The notes under the pieces are model-generated. The model made no database searches. It saw only the letters and a program-made list of their open reading frames with translations, and was not told the DNA's origin. Source: Candidatus Oxydemutatoraceae bacterium (GTDB taxonomy: Bacteria; Pseudomonadota; Gammaproteobacteria; Poriferisulfidales; Oxydemutatoraceae). From it: a DNA stretch of 64,000 nucleotides. The stretch covers positions 652,769-716,768 of the forward strand of contig OZ244779.1 in NCBI GenBank assembly GCA_965219575.1, read 5' to 3'. Positions 52,463-62,093 of this stretch are shown piece by piece. Numbering within the stretch: position 1 is the first letter of the stretch; each line of letters starts with the position of its first letter. The translations under genes and the position numbers were made by a program.

Positions 52463-53874
52463 TGTATGATAGTGACTTCGCTCTGCATCGGCAAGGGTTT
52501 AAGCTCCGCCACGGTGCGTTTGGACTCGACTAGATATTCAACGGCAACTTGCCTAACTTGTTCTGCGGTCACAGCTTGTATATGCTGCGGAAAGCGAAAG
52601 TGCTCCTGCCATCCGACACCGATGGTCTCCAGACGTCCTAACGAGGATGCCTGGCTTTGTATAGAGTCTTGCTGATATATTTTGTAAGCGAGCAGTTGAG
52701 TTTTAATTTTTTGTAATTCGTCGTCGCTTATGACTTCTGTTTTAAGTTGCTGTAGTTCGTCTTCAATAGCCTGCTCGAGTTGTGCCACATCGCTATCGGT
52801 GTTGGGTGCGGCGAATATCACGAATAGATCTTGATAGCGGTTATATACACCGTAGTAGGCATTCGCGTAGAATGCGATACCTTTTCCTCGGACCAAGTTT
52901 TTGGAAAATCTGGAACTGTCGTTGCCTGCCAATACCGCCGCCAATACCGATAACGCATAAGGATGCCATGCTTCCTTTGTATGTCCGAGGTGAGGTGCTT
53001 TATACGCGATTGCGAGTGCCGGCTGGATTGCGGGTATCGATAGCGTAATGCGTTTCTCACCTTGCTGCGGTGTCTCCTCGCGCGCTTTTCTATCGGGTAG
53101 CGGGCGTGGTTCAATGTCTCCGAAATAGCGTTGCGCCAGCGCATAGACTTCGTTCGCTTCTACATCGCCGACGACAACGAAGGTCGCATTGTTGGGCGCA
53201 TACCAGCGGTCGTACCAATCCGATAAATCTTGTAGCTTGAGGTTGACCAAATCGTTGTCCCAACCGATGATCGGTTGGCGGTAGGGTGCGGCATCGAACG
53301 CCGACATATAGAGTTGTTCGTAGAGCCGAGACTCGGGGTCATCGTCGACTCGCCACCGTCTTTCCTCTCTGACGACTTCGCGTTCTTTTTCAAAGTCGTC
53401 TTGTTTTAATTGTAAATTGATCATGCGGTCGGATTCCAAGTCAAAACTTTTTTCCAAATAACTCTTTTCGAATAGCTGATAATAGGCGGTGTAATCGCGG
53501 CTCGTGAAAGCATTATCTCGTCCGCCGTGTTTTTTGATAGTTTCGGTGAACGCTTGGCGCGGATATTTATCGGTACCCTTGAACATCATGTGTTCCAAGA
53601 AATGAGAGATGCCCGTTATCCCACCGTATTCGTCGGCAGAACCGATGCGATACCAGATCTGAGAAATGACCACCGGTGCTCGGTGATCCTCTTTCACCAG
53701 TAGCTTCAAGCCGTTATCCAAATTAAACTCGTGTACGCCGTAAGCGGTGAGTGCGGAAGATGCAGGGTCTTGCTCAGGGGGGCTTTGCTGTTGCGCCCCT
53801 GCATAAGCCGGCAATAGTGATACCGATAGTGATATAGCGGTGTATAGCAGAATTTTTGGATTAAAAAACATCAT
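52459..53874 (-). CDS. M16 (pitrilysin) peptidase, catalytic subunit
   Basis: HFLEHMMFKG, NAFT. Confidence 0.95.
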   Translation of the reverse strand: MMFFNPKILLYTAISLSVSLLPAYAGAQQQSPPEQDPASSALTAYGVHEFNLDNGLKLLVKEDHRAPVVISQIWYRIGSADEYGGITGISHFLEHMMFKGTDKYPRQAFTETIKKHGGRDNAFTSRDYTAYYQLFEKSYLEKSFDLESDRMINLQLKQDDFEKEREVVREERRWRVDDDPESRLYEQLYMSAFDAAPYRQPIIGWDNDLVNLKLQDLSDWYDRWYAPNNATFVVVGDVEANEVYALAQRYFGDIEPRPLPDRKAREETPQQGEKRITLSIPAIQPALAIAYKAPHLGHTKEAWHPYALSVLAAVLAGNDSSRFSKNLVRGKGIAFYANAYYGVYNRYQDLFVIFAAPNTDSDVAQLEQAIEDELQQLKTEVISDDELQKIKTQLLAYKIYQQDSIQSQASSLGRLETIGVGWQEHFRFPQHIQAVTAEQVRQVAVEYLVESKRTVAELKPLPMQSEVTIIQ

Positions 53875-53929
53875 GATTGATACAATACGACTTTACTTAT
53901 AGCGTAGTATAAAGCAAAAATGGCTAATT

Positions 53930-54850
53930 TTGAAAAAAATGAAATGGCATAACAAACTTAAAGAAAAATTGCACGGCACCGGAAGCCGTCTGGGTTCGGG
54001 CTTGAGTGCTTTGTTTGGTGCGAAGCCGGACGGCAAGTTTTTGGAAGAACTCGAGCGTCGTTTGCTATCCGCCGATGTCGGGATGGTCGCGTGCAGAGAT
54101 ATCATTGCGAATATCAAAGAACACGCACAGCGTGAGCGCATTAGCTCGATGACACAATTGGTGGCTACGGTCGAAGCGGAAATTGCGACGATACTTAAAC
54201 CATGCGAATGTGCATCGGCTATGCAGGCTCGCAACAGACCTTATGTGGTTTTGATGGTAGGAGTCAACGGTAGCGGCAAAACGACAACCGCAGCTAAGCT
54301 CGCGTATCATCATAAGCGGCAAGGGCAAACAGTGATGCTGGCAGCAGCCGATACCTTTCGTGCGGCAGCGATAGAGCAACTACGGATATGGGCACAACGT
54401 TGCGATATACCGTTGGTTGCACAGTCTCCGGGATCCGATAGTGCCGCTATCGTCTACGACGCAATGGCATCCGCCGAAGCCAAAGGTGTCGATATGGTTA
54501 TTGCCGATACCGCCGGGCGGTTGCATACCGATAAAAATCTGATTGAAGAATTGCAAAAGATCAAGCGAGTTGCGACAAAGCAAAACGAGAACGCACCCGA
54601 CGAGATCATTTTAGTCATAGACGGCACGACCGGACAAAACGCAAAAAAACAAGTTGCCGAGTTCCATAAATCTTTGGGAGTAGATAGTCTGATTGTCACC
54701 AAATTGGACGGCAGTGCTAAAGGTGGTATTATCGTTGCCGTTGCACGAGAGACCGGGATACCTATACGGTTTATAGGTGTCGGTGAGGCGTTGGATGAAC
54801 TGCATCTATTCGATGCCGCAGAATATGCAGCTGCGATAATGCAAGTATAG
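53930..54850 (+). CDS. ftsY: SRP receptor FtsY (NG domain only)
   Basis: GVNGSGKTTT, DTFRAAA, DTAGR, TKLDGSAKGG. Confidence 0.97.
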   Translation: MKKMKWHNKLKEKLHGTGSRLGSGLSALFGAKPDGKFLEELERRLLSADVGMVACRDIIANIKEHAQRERISSMTQLVATVEAEIATILKPCECASAMQARNRPYVVLMVGVNGSGKTTTAAKLAYHHKRQGQTVMLAAADTFRAAAIEQLRIWAQRCDIPLVAQSPGSDSAAIVYDAMASAEAKGVDMVIADTAGRLHTDKNLIEELQKIKRVATKQNENAPDEIILVIDGTTGQNAKKQVAEFHKSLGVDSLIVTKLDGSAKGGIIVAVARETGIPIRFIGVGEALDELHLFDAAEYAAAIMQV

Positions 54851-54864
54851 ACCAACCGAAGATT

Positions 54865-55512
54865 ATGATAAGTTTCGAGAAAGTCGGTAAAAAATATCAA
54901 GACCAAACCGCACTGGTCAATGTTAGTTTTAGCATGGAAGCGGGAGAGATGGCTTTTCTCACCGGTCATTCGGGAGCCGGCAAAAGCACTTTGTTGAGTT
55001 TAATTCCCGGCATAGAAAAGCCCGATCAAGGTAGAGTCATCATAGACGGCAACGATATAGCTCGGCTCAAAGAAAGCCGCCTCCCGCATTTGCGGCGGCG
55101 TATCGGTTTTGTTTTTCAACAACACCGTTTGTTGTTCGATCGTTCGGTGTTTGACAATGTTTCGTTACCGCTACAAATTTGCGGCACTACACCGGAGCAA
55201 TCGGAATCTCGGGCACGCGCTGCACTTAGAAAAGTAGGTTTAGACGATAAAGGGAACCTGAATCCGAAAGTTTTATCGGCCGGTGAACAACAACGTGTCG
55301 GAATTGCACGGGCTATAGTCAACCGCCCATTAATATTGCTCGCCGACGAACCCACCGGCAATTTGGATCCGCAGCTATCGGAGGAGATTATACGGCTTTT
55401 TATGGAGTTCAACGGCGTGGGTGTGACGGTACTAATTGCAAGCCACGACCTCTCTTTGATAGGGAAATTTGATTGCCGTATTATCCATTTGAGCCACGGA
55501 GAAATAATATGA
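54865..55512 (+). CDS. ftsE: Cell division ATP-binding protein FtsE
   Basis: LTGHSGAGKST, EQQRVGIARA, ADEPTGNLD; follows ftsY. Confidence 0.95.
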   Translation: MISFEKVGKKYQDQTALVNVSFSMEAGEMAFLTGHSGAGKSTLLSLIPGIEKPDQGRVIIDGNDIARLKESRLPHLRRRIGFVFQQHRLLFDRSVFDNVSLPLQICGTTPEQSESRARAALRKVGLDDKGNLNPKVLSAGEQQRVGIARAIVNRPLILLADEPTGNLDPQLSEEIIRLFMEFNGVGVTVLIASHDLSLIGKFDCRIIHLSHGEII

Positions 55513-55601
55513 CATGTCCGGGAGGTTGTGGTGTGTCTGCACAAGTTAATTCTTCTCCACAGGAGAGGAATGTACCGATACTGTAGTTGTGCAGACCCTT
55601 A

Positions 55602-55905
55602 GGGGCTGTTGAAAAAGTATCGTCAGCTTGCAACCGCAACCGCTTGCGCCATTTGGTTTTGGTTTCCATAAATTGGATGGATGAATGTATAAATCGTGTA
55701 GGCACAACGCGTTACGGGCGGACATGTTAGTCCGCCCCTACAGGTGGGTTGGATAATTATGCGGCGCAAGCGGTTACGGTTTTGCAGAACAGTATTTTTT
55801 CAACAGTCCCAGGACACAACCACCCCGTCAGGCTGCGCCTGCCACCCCTCCAAAGGAGGGGAATGTACCGTTCCCATAGTTCGTGGATACTTTTTCAACA
55901 GCCTT
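55602..55905. mobile_element. Modular MITE copy 8 (nested; cluster spans about 55530-56000 with three right TIRs)
   Basis: Left TIR 55602; right TIRs end at 55810, 55905 and 56000; TSD CCTTA matches the 55905 end. Confidence 0.85.
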
Positions 55906-56084
55906 CCTTAGCGACCACCCCGTCAGGCTACGCCTGCCACCCCTCCACAGGAGGGGAATGTACCGTCCCTACGGTTCGTGGGTACTTTTTCAACAGCCCC
56001 ATATCGACAAAATAATATCGTTTAACAAATACGATTTGTTATAATATCCGATTTTGTAGAACCTATTCGACTATTTCTTAAATA

Positions 56085-56999
56085 ATGCGTCCTCAATCGG
56101 TTATCATTCCTAAATCTGCTACGCACAGTCTTTTACTGACATTTACCGTTAAAGACAAAAGCAAAAAGTTTGCGTCAACTATCGTCGGTATAGATAAATA
56201 TGTAGCCAAGCTAAAAAAAATTGCCCGAGTGAATAATGCACTGAGTTTCGGCGAGGCATACTGGAAGGCTATTGCTCCTACGCCCGAAACGATACCCGAA
56301 GGAATTCGAACTTTCGCCGGTATAGAGGGAGATTATTCCGCGCCGGCAACCGGTGGTGATTTATTTTTGCATTTGAATAGCCGATTTGCCGATTTGAACT
56401 ACGAGGTTGCGCATAATTGGTTCGAACCCTTCAAGAATGAACTACAAATTATCCACGAACAAGCCTGTACACGCTATTTGGATGAAAGGGACTTGACCGG
56501 TTTTATCGACGGTACCGAAAATCCGGAGGATGCAAAAACACGCCGGGAAGTTGCCCTATTGAGTACTGCCGATAGCAACCGGTTATTAGCCGGAAGTAGC
56601 TTTGTTTTTGTCCAGGGTTACAAACATAAACTCAATAAATGGAAAGCACTTACGGTACTACAGCAAGAGTATATAATAGGACGCACCAAAGAAGCGAGCT
56701 TGGAACTGTGCGAAGACAGAAAACCGAGTAATGCGCATATTAGTCGCGTCGTCATAAAAGAAGACGGCGAGGAACTCGAGATTGTGCGTCATGGCATGCC
56801 GTATTTTAGTGTCAAAGGTGCCAAAGGACTAGTATTTATAGCATATACGAAGGATTTAGACATCATAGATAAAATGTTAGCGCGTATGTATAACAAAGCG
56901 GATGAGCTACATGACCATCTAATGGATTACACCACGCCTACGACCGGTGCGATGTTTTTTACACCTTCCAGAGAATTACTTGATTCACTTAAAATTTGA
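56085..56999 (+). CDS. Dyp-type peroxidase (YfeX-like)
   Basis: GFIDGTENP, IGRTK, AHISR, IVRHGMPY. Confidence 0.95.
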   Translation: MRPQSVIIPKSATHSLLLTFTVKDKSKKFASTIVGIDKYVAKLKKIARVNNALSFGEAYWKAIAPTPETIPEGIRTFAGIEGDYSAPATGGDLFLHLNSRFADLNYEVAHNWFEPFKNELQIIHEQACTRYLDERDLTGFIDGTENPEDAKTRREVALLSTADSNRLLAGSSFVFVQGYKHKLNKWKALTVLQQEYIIGRTKEASLELCEDRKPSNAHISRVVIKEDGEELEIVRHGMPYFSVKGAKGLVFIAYTKDLDIIDKMLARMYNKADELHDHLMDYTTPTTGAMFFTPSRELLDSLKI

Positions 57000-57011
57000 A
57001 AAGGATAAACA

Positions 57012-58289
57012 TTGCCCGATAAAAAACAAAGATTTGCGACACGAGCGATACACGCCGGAGCTAAACCCGATTCTGCAACCGGTGCGCGTATCACGCCGAT
57101 ACATCAATCTACTGCGTTTGTATTCGAAAACGTAGATCACGCAGCGAAACTATTCAACTTGGAGGCCGAGGGATTTATTTATTCTCGGCTCACAAACCCT
57201 ACGGTTGATGTACTGCAGAAAAGACTTGCCGATTTGGAGGGTGGTGTGGCTTCGGTATGCACCGCCTCGGGACATTCGGCTCAGTTGCTGGCATTGTTTG
57301 CGTTGATGGAGTCCGGTGATAATTTTGTCGCTTCTAAAAAACTCTACGGTGGTTCAATCAACCAATTCGGTTATTCGTTCAAGCGTTTCGGGTGGCAAGT
57401 GAAATTCGTAGATCCCGACGACCCTGAAAATTTTCGTAAAGAGATAGACGAACATACCAAAGCAGTATTTACCGAAACAATCGCCAACCCCGGCGGCGTG
57501 GTATGCGATATAGAGGCCATCGGCAAAATTGCCCACGAAGCCGGTATCCCGTGCATCACCGACAATACGCTGGCAACACCTGCGTTGATGCGCCCTATAG
57601 AGTACGGCGCGGATATCGTCGTACATTCAACGACGAAGTTTTTATCGGGTCATGGCAATGCGATGGGGGGTGTAGTGATCGACGGAGGCAATTTTGATTG
57701 GAAGCAAAACGATAAATTCCGCGCACTCGGCGAACCTTGTTCGGCCTATCACGGTATATGTTTTACGGACAACTTCGGCACTGCCGCCTATGCGATATAT
57801 ACTCTAGCGGTGAGCTTGAGGGACTTAGGTCCGACGATGGCACCGTTGAATGCGTATCTGACGATTACCGGTATTGAAACTTTGCCGTTGCGCATGGCAA
57901 AACATAGTGCTAACGCTTTGGAAGTTGCGCAATGGCTGGAAAATAATCCTGCCGTTGAAGCGGTCTCTTATGCCGGTTTACCGTCCAGCCCTTATTATGA
58001 ATTAGCGCAAAAATATTGTCCCGCGGGTAGTGGCTCGGTTTTTACTTTTAGCCTCAAAGGGGGTTATCAAGCGGGGGTTAAACTAGTAGAGCAGAGTACG
58101 CTACTCTCTCATCTCGCGAATATAGGCGACACACGCTCTCTGATAACACATCCCGCGTCTACCACCCACCGCCAACTGTCCGAAGAACATAAAATATCGG
58201 CAGGTGCCGGACCGGAAGTCGTAAGATTATCTATAGGACTAGAAGACCCTTCGGACATCATTGCCGATTTAGAGCAGGCTCTTAGATAG
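57012..58289 (+). CDS. O-acetylhomoserine aminocarboxypropyltransferase (MetY-like)
   Basis: YSRLTNPT, HSTTKF PLP lysine, HPASTTHRQL. Confidence 0.95.
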   Translation: MPDKKQRFATRAIHAGAKPDSATGARITPIHQSTAFVFENVDHAAKLFNLEAEGFIYSRLTNPTVDVLQKRLADLEGGVASVCTASGHSAQLLALFALMESGDNFVASKKLYGGSINQFGYSFKRFGWQVKFVDPDDPENFRKEIDEHTKAVFTETIANPGGVVCDIEAIGKIAHEAGIPCITDNTLATPALMRPIEYGADIVVHSTTKFLSGHGNAMGGVVIDGGNFDWKQNDKFRALGEPCSAYHGICFTDNFGTAAYAIYTLAVSLRDLGPTMAPLNAYLTITGIETLPLRMAKHSANALEVAQWLENNPAVEAVSYAGLPSSPYYELAQKYCPAGSGSVFTFSLKGGYQAGVKLVEQSTLLSHLANIGDTRSLITHPASTTHRQLSEEHKISAGAGPEVVRLSIGLEDPSDIIADLEQALR

Positions 58290-58297
58290 AATACTGT

Positions 58298-58470
58298 GAT
58301 TCCCCTCCAAAGGAGGGGAATGTACCCGCCCTATAGTTCGTGGATACTTTTTCAACAACCCCGTCGTATCTGTACTATGTTTATACATTCATCCATCCAA
58401 TTTGTGGAAACTAAAAACAAATGGCGCAAGCGGCTAGATTTTTGCGATGCCAATACATTTTCAACAGCCC
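58298..58470. repeat. Partial modular MITE cluster 9 (two right TIRs); supplies the hmuV stop codon
   Basis: cccctccaaaggagggg hairpin, shared modules, ttttcaacagcccc. Confidence 0.85.
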
Positions 58471-59216
58471 CAGGCAACATTAAAAACATTTTTCACATTT
58501 TTTTCGCTTAGCACATCGGTACTGCATCCGGTTGCATACACTCGTCCTTGATGAAGCATACAAACTTCATCGGCGTATTGTAATACCGAATTGAGATCGT
58601 GTATTACCGCTAATATCCCTAAACCTTCGGTTGCTAGGTGGTGCAGATAATTGAGCAATTTATGGCAATGCCCCCAATCCAGAGAAGTTAGCGGCTCGTC
58701 GAGTAGCAACCAACCCCTACCTTGTTCACTTAGTTTGGCTTGTAGTATCACGCGCGCAAGCCGCACACGCTGCTTCTCACCACCGGACAAAGTATGGTAT
58801 AACCGATCTTGTAAATCTTTAATTTCCAGTGCTTCTATAATTTCCTCTTTTAATTTCCGAACATGCGTTGTAGCGTATTGATTTGCCGATTGATCGCTAA
58901 AAGGCAGTTCGGCAAAACTCATAACCTCGTCTACGCTAAAAACCGTATTGAGTGCATCGTGTTGCGGTAACACCGCTCGACGGCGCGCCAGTTCTCCACG
59001 GCTCAGGTCGGATAGACTATCTCCGTCTATGGAAATTGAGCCCGAACCGGGTCTCAAAAAGCCCGCCAATAGGCGCAGCAACGTTGTTTTACCTGCACCG
59101 TTATTTCCGATCAACATATTGACTTGACCTTTGTTGAAGCGGCTATTGATTCGGTCAAGCAGACAAGCTCGCCCGGCACGATAACTCAAATCGTGCGATG
59201 TCAAATAATGCGTCAT
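58461..59216 (-). CDS. hmuV: Heme/iron-chelate ABC transporter ATPase (HmuV-like)
   Basis: GNNGAGKTT, RRAVLPQ, LSGGEKQRVRLARV, HDLN. Confidence 0.8.
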   Translation of the reverse strand: MTHYLTSHDLSYRAGRACLLDRINSRFNKGQVNMLIGNNGAGKTTLLRLLAGFLRPGSGSISIDGDSLSDLSRGELARRRAVLPQHDALNTVFSVDEVMSFAELPFSDQSANQYATTHVRKLKEEIIEALEIKDLQDRLYHTLSGGEKQRVRLARVILQAKLSEQGRGWLLLDEPLTSLDWGHCHKLLNYLHHLATEGLGILAVIHDLNSVLQYADEVCMLHQGRVYATGCSTDVLSEKNVKNVFNVAWGC

Positions 59217-60256
59217 AATTTCTCACCGTGTCGTCTTAGTACTAACAAAACGAAAAAAGGCACGCCGACCATTGCCGTTAATATTCCGATAGGCAATTCG
59301 GAAGGTTGTAATATCACACGCGCAATCGTATCGGCAAGCAATAGAAACAATGCGCCGGTTATGGCGGTTGCCGGTAACAGAAAACGGTGGTCGGCACCGA
59401 TAACCAGACGAACCAGATGCGGCACGATCAGCCCCACGAAACCGATGATGCCGGCAACGGCAACCGATGCGCAGACGCATAGAGCAACACATAGCAAAGC
59501 CGTTTTTTTGATGCGCTCAATATTAAACCCTAGATAGACGGCGTCTTCGTCGCCTAGCGACAATGCATTTAAGGGGCGCGCCATACCTAAGAGAAAAATA
59601 AGCGCAGGCAACATCAATACGCCAACCGGAAAGAGATATGTCCAACCGATATCGGCAAAGCTACCGAACATCCAGAAAATGAAACCGCGCAACGCTGCAT
59701 CGGTGCTAATAAAGGTGATAAAACCTATGGCTGCGGCAGCCAGTGCGTTGATTGCAATGCCGATTAGCAAGAGGATGGTGTTGTCCAAAAAATCGTGTCG
59801 TCTTGCTACCCGATAGATAAATACGGCGACGACGATGCCACCTAAAAAGGCAACACTAGGCAGAAACAGAGCACTTTCGGCAGTCCACGATAGCGGTGCG
59901 ATGCCGGTGACGAGGATCAAAACAACGGCTAGGGCAGCACCCGATGAAATACCCAGCAAGGCGGGGTCTGCCAGTGCGTTTCTGAATATCCCTTGCATCA
60001 CGGCACCCGATAAAGCGAGTGCCGCACCCGTAGTGCCTACGATTAGGAGTCGGGGCAGTCTAAGCTCCAACAGGATAATGCGGGCGGTTTTATCCACCGA
60101 TTGATGAGCTAGGCCGAATACCGAAAGAAGTTCTTGCCACCCGATGGCGACGGTGCCTTGTTTGAGGGATATTAAAAAAACAACCGGCAGTGAAAACACC
60201 AGCAGTAAAATAAATCTGCGTTTAGCGGTTGTTTTGAGGGGAAGCGGCGAATGCAC
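59213..60256 (-). CDS. hmuU: FecCD family permease (HmuU-like)
   Basis: LRLPR, QGIFRN.LADP, IGFVGLIVPH. Confidence 0.8.
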   Translation of the reverse strand: MHSPLPLKTTAKRRFILLLVFSLPVVFLISLKQGTVAIGWQELLSVFGLAHQSVDKTARIILLELRLPRLLIVGTTGAALALSGAVMQGIFRNALADPALLGISSGAALAVVLILVTGIAPLSWTAESALFLPSVAFLGGIVVAVFIYRVARRHDFLDNTILLLIGIAINALAAAAIGFITFISTDAALRGFIFWMFGSFADIGWTYLFPVGVLMLPALIFLLGMARPLNALSLGDEDAVYLGFNIERIKKTALLCVALCVCASVAVAGIIGFVGLIVPHLVRLVIGADHRFLLPATAITGALFLLLADTIARVILQPSELPIGILTAMVGVPFFVLLVLRRHGEKL

Positions 60257-60285
60257 CTTATAGGCAATAGCCGAAGCCGAGTTGC

Positions 60286-60606
60286 TTAGCGCAATGCGCC
60301 TTGGTCAAAATCAACTTCAACTGTAATATCGCTGGTCAGCCTGCTCTGACAGGCTAAAATCATGCCCTTGTCCGTCTGCTCCTTATCTAGTACATAACTG
60401 AAATCGTTGAGTGGCTTTATTTTCCCTTCTTTTAAGATACACCTGCAAGTGCCGCAACTCCCGACCCTGCAGTCGTGTGGCCATTTGATGCCTGCATTCA
60501 ATGCAGCTTGCAAAAGATTTATTTTGCCTTCCACTTCGAAAGTCTGTCCTGTGTTGGCAATGGTTACATTAAATTTACCGGGCTTTTTCTTCAAAAAATC
60601 AAACAT
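60286..60606 (-). CDS. 2Fe-2S ferredoxin
   Basis: CRVGSCGTC...LACQ. Confidence 0.93.
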   Translation of the reverse strand: MFDFLKKKPGKFNVTIANTGQTFEVEGKINLLQAALNAGIKWPHDCRVGSCGTCRCILKEGKIKPLNDFSYVLDKEQTDKGMILACQSRLTSDITVEVDFDQGALR

Positions 60607-60810
60607 GAAAATACCTCTACTGATGTGATGGTTCTAAAGTCTAAATTATAACAGCCTATGTCCGGGGAGCGCATTGAACTGTCATAGTATATGTAAATAT
60701 AGCTGATATAGGGAGGGGGTGTCAAGAAATTGAAGTATGTGGCATCGTGTTATGTTATGATTTTCTGTATCTTATACATAGTGGAAAGAGTTTGTAAAGG
60801 GAGATTATCA

Positions 60811-61086
60811 ATGGAGACAACCGGCACCTTTGAAGATAAATATCGGCGAAGGAACACAAACAATGATGCTATGAGTTTTGTTGAATTACTCGCAGCAATA
60901 GCGATAGGAATATTCGGTATGTTCTTAGCGGAGTTAGGAATAGAAACAAACAACCCGATTTCTCAATGGTTGGGCTTTCTTATACAATTTTCGGCTGCTG
61001 GTTGGATCACAATGAAATTTTCAATTGCTATTTGGGATTTCATAGATCGTTTCAAGAAGAGAGACAATCATAATACATCCGAGTAA
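60811..61086 (+). CDS. Small hypothetical membrane protein
   Basis: GGAG RBS before ATG 60811, two hydrophobic helices. Confidence 0.6.
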   Translation: METTGTFEDKYRRRNTNNDAMSFVELLAAIAIGIFGMFLAELGIETNNPISQWLGFLIQFSAAGWITMKFSIAIWDFIDRFKKRDNHNTSE

Positions 61087-61171
61087 TCGATCTTATCCGT
61101 AGTCCGTACGCCATCTGGTTTTGGTTGCTGTAAACCAAATGGATGGATACATTGATTGTGCTAACACATTT

Positions 61172-61456
61172 GGGACTGTTGAAAAAGTACCCACGAACCG
61201 TAGGGGCGGCACATTCCCCTCCTTTGGAGGGGTGGCAGGCGAAGCCTGACGGGGTGGTTGTTTCGTATCTGCATGATTTATACATTCATTCATCCAATTT
61301 ATGCAAACCAAAACCATACGGCGCAAGCGGTTAGTGTCGTGCAGAACGGTACTTAAGGGCAGACACACAGGTCTGCCCCTACGACTTTGTGGTTATCATA
61401 GTTATGTGGCGCAAGCGGTTCGGTTTGAGCGATGCCTGCACTTTTTCAACAGCCCC
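61172..61456. mobile_element. Modular MITE copy 10 (cluster about 61108-61602)
   Basis: TIRs gggactgttgaaaa / ttttcaacagcccc, 6-bp TSD ACATTT. Confidence 0.9.
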
Positions 61457-61645
61457 ACATTTGCAACCACCCCGTCAGGCTGAATAGAACCGCCGATTGA
61501 ACCGGTAGGTCAATCGGCGTGACTTTGTTCAGAACCTCAACATGACTGCTAAACGCATGCATTGCAAAATGCATAGGACACCCCTCCACAGGAGGGGAAT
61601 ACTTTTCCGGCAACGAGGATTTTATATTAAAATTCTTATTACCAT

Positions 61646-61673
61646 TTGACAATAATAAAAATGCTTTTATACT
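61646..61673 (+). promoter_or_regulatory. Sigma70 promoter for tRNA-Lys
   Basis: TTGACA-16 nt-TATACT about 70 bp upstream of the tRNA. Confidence 0.65.
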
Positions 61674-61745
61674 CATCGCTGGAAAAGCATGGTTGCCTCC
61701 CGAGTAAGCGGTTTCGCGCTTTATTTCGGCACCAATGTTTTCGGT

Positions 61746-61818
61746 GGGTCGTTAGCTCAGCTGGTAGAGCACCGGGCTTTTAACCCGATGGTCATAGGTT
61801 CGAATCCTATACGACCCA
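61746..61818 (+). tRNA. tRNA-Lys (TTT), CCA not encoded
   Basis: gggtcgttagctcag...cggg-CTTTTAA-cccg...ggttcgaatcc...acgaccca. Confidence 0.95.
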
Positions 61819-61834
61819 CTTTACTTGGTTAGGG

Positions 61835-61889
61835 TGACGTTACCCCAAATTTAGTACCAATGTTTTAAGTCAATTTTTCCGATAAACTA
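61835..61889 (+). mobile_element. Solo left end of an IS407-group element
   Basis: tgacgttaccccaaatttagtac...ttccgataaacta aligns with 11418-11473. Confidence 0.85.
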
Positions 61890-62093
61890 ACTTCAGCATT
61901 GATAGTAAATTTGAGGATAATTTCATACCGGTTCGGGCAATGCCCATCGTTGCCTAGTGCGGATTAGTTTCTTGCGCTTCCTCGCCGGAAAATATGATTA
62001 CGGCTTTTGGATAAGTCATAGTGTGGAGCTGGTTCTGCTAGTGAGTGTTTTTTTGTTTATCGGTTCATGATGAACGGTTTATAAACGAAGATC

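Noticed and set aside
56085-56999. Dyp as encapsulin cargo
   Set aside because: No GSLxIGSL-type targeting tail and no adjacent encapsulin gene.
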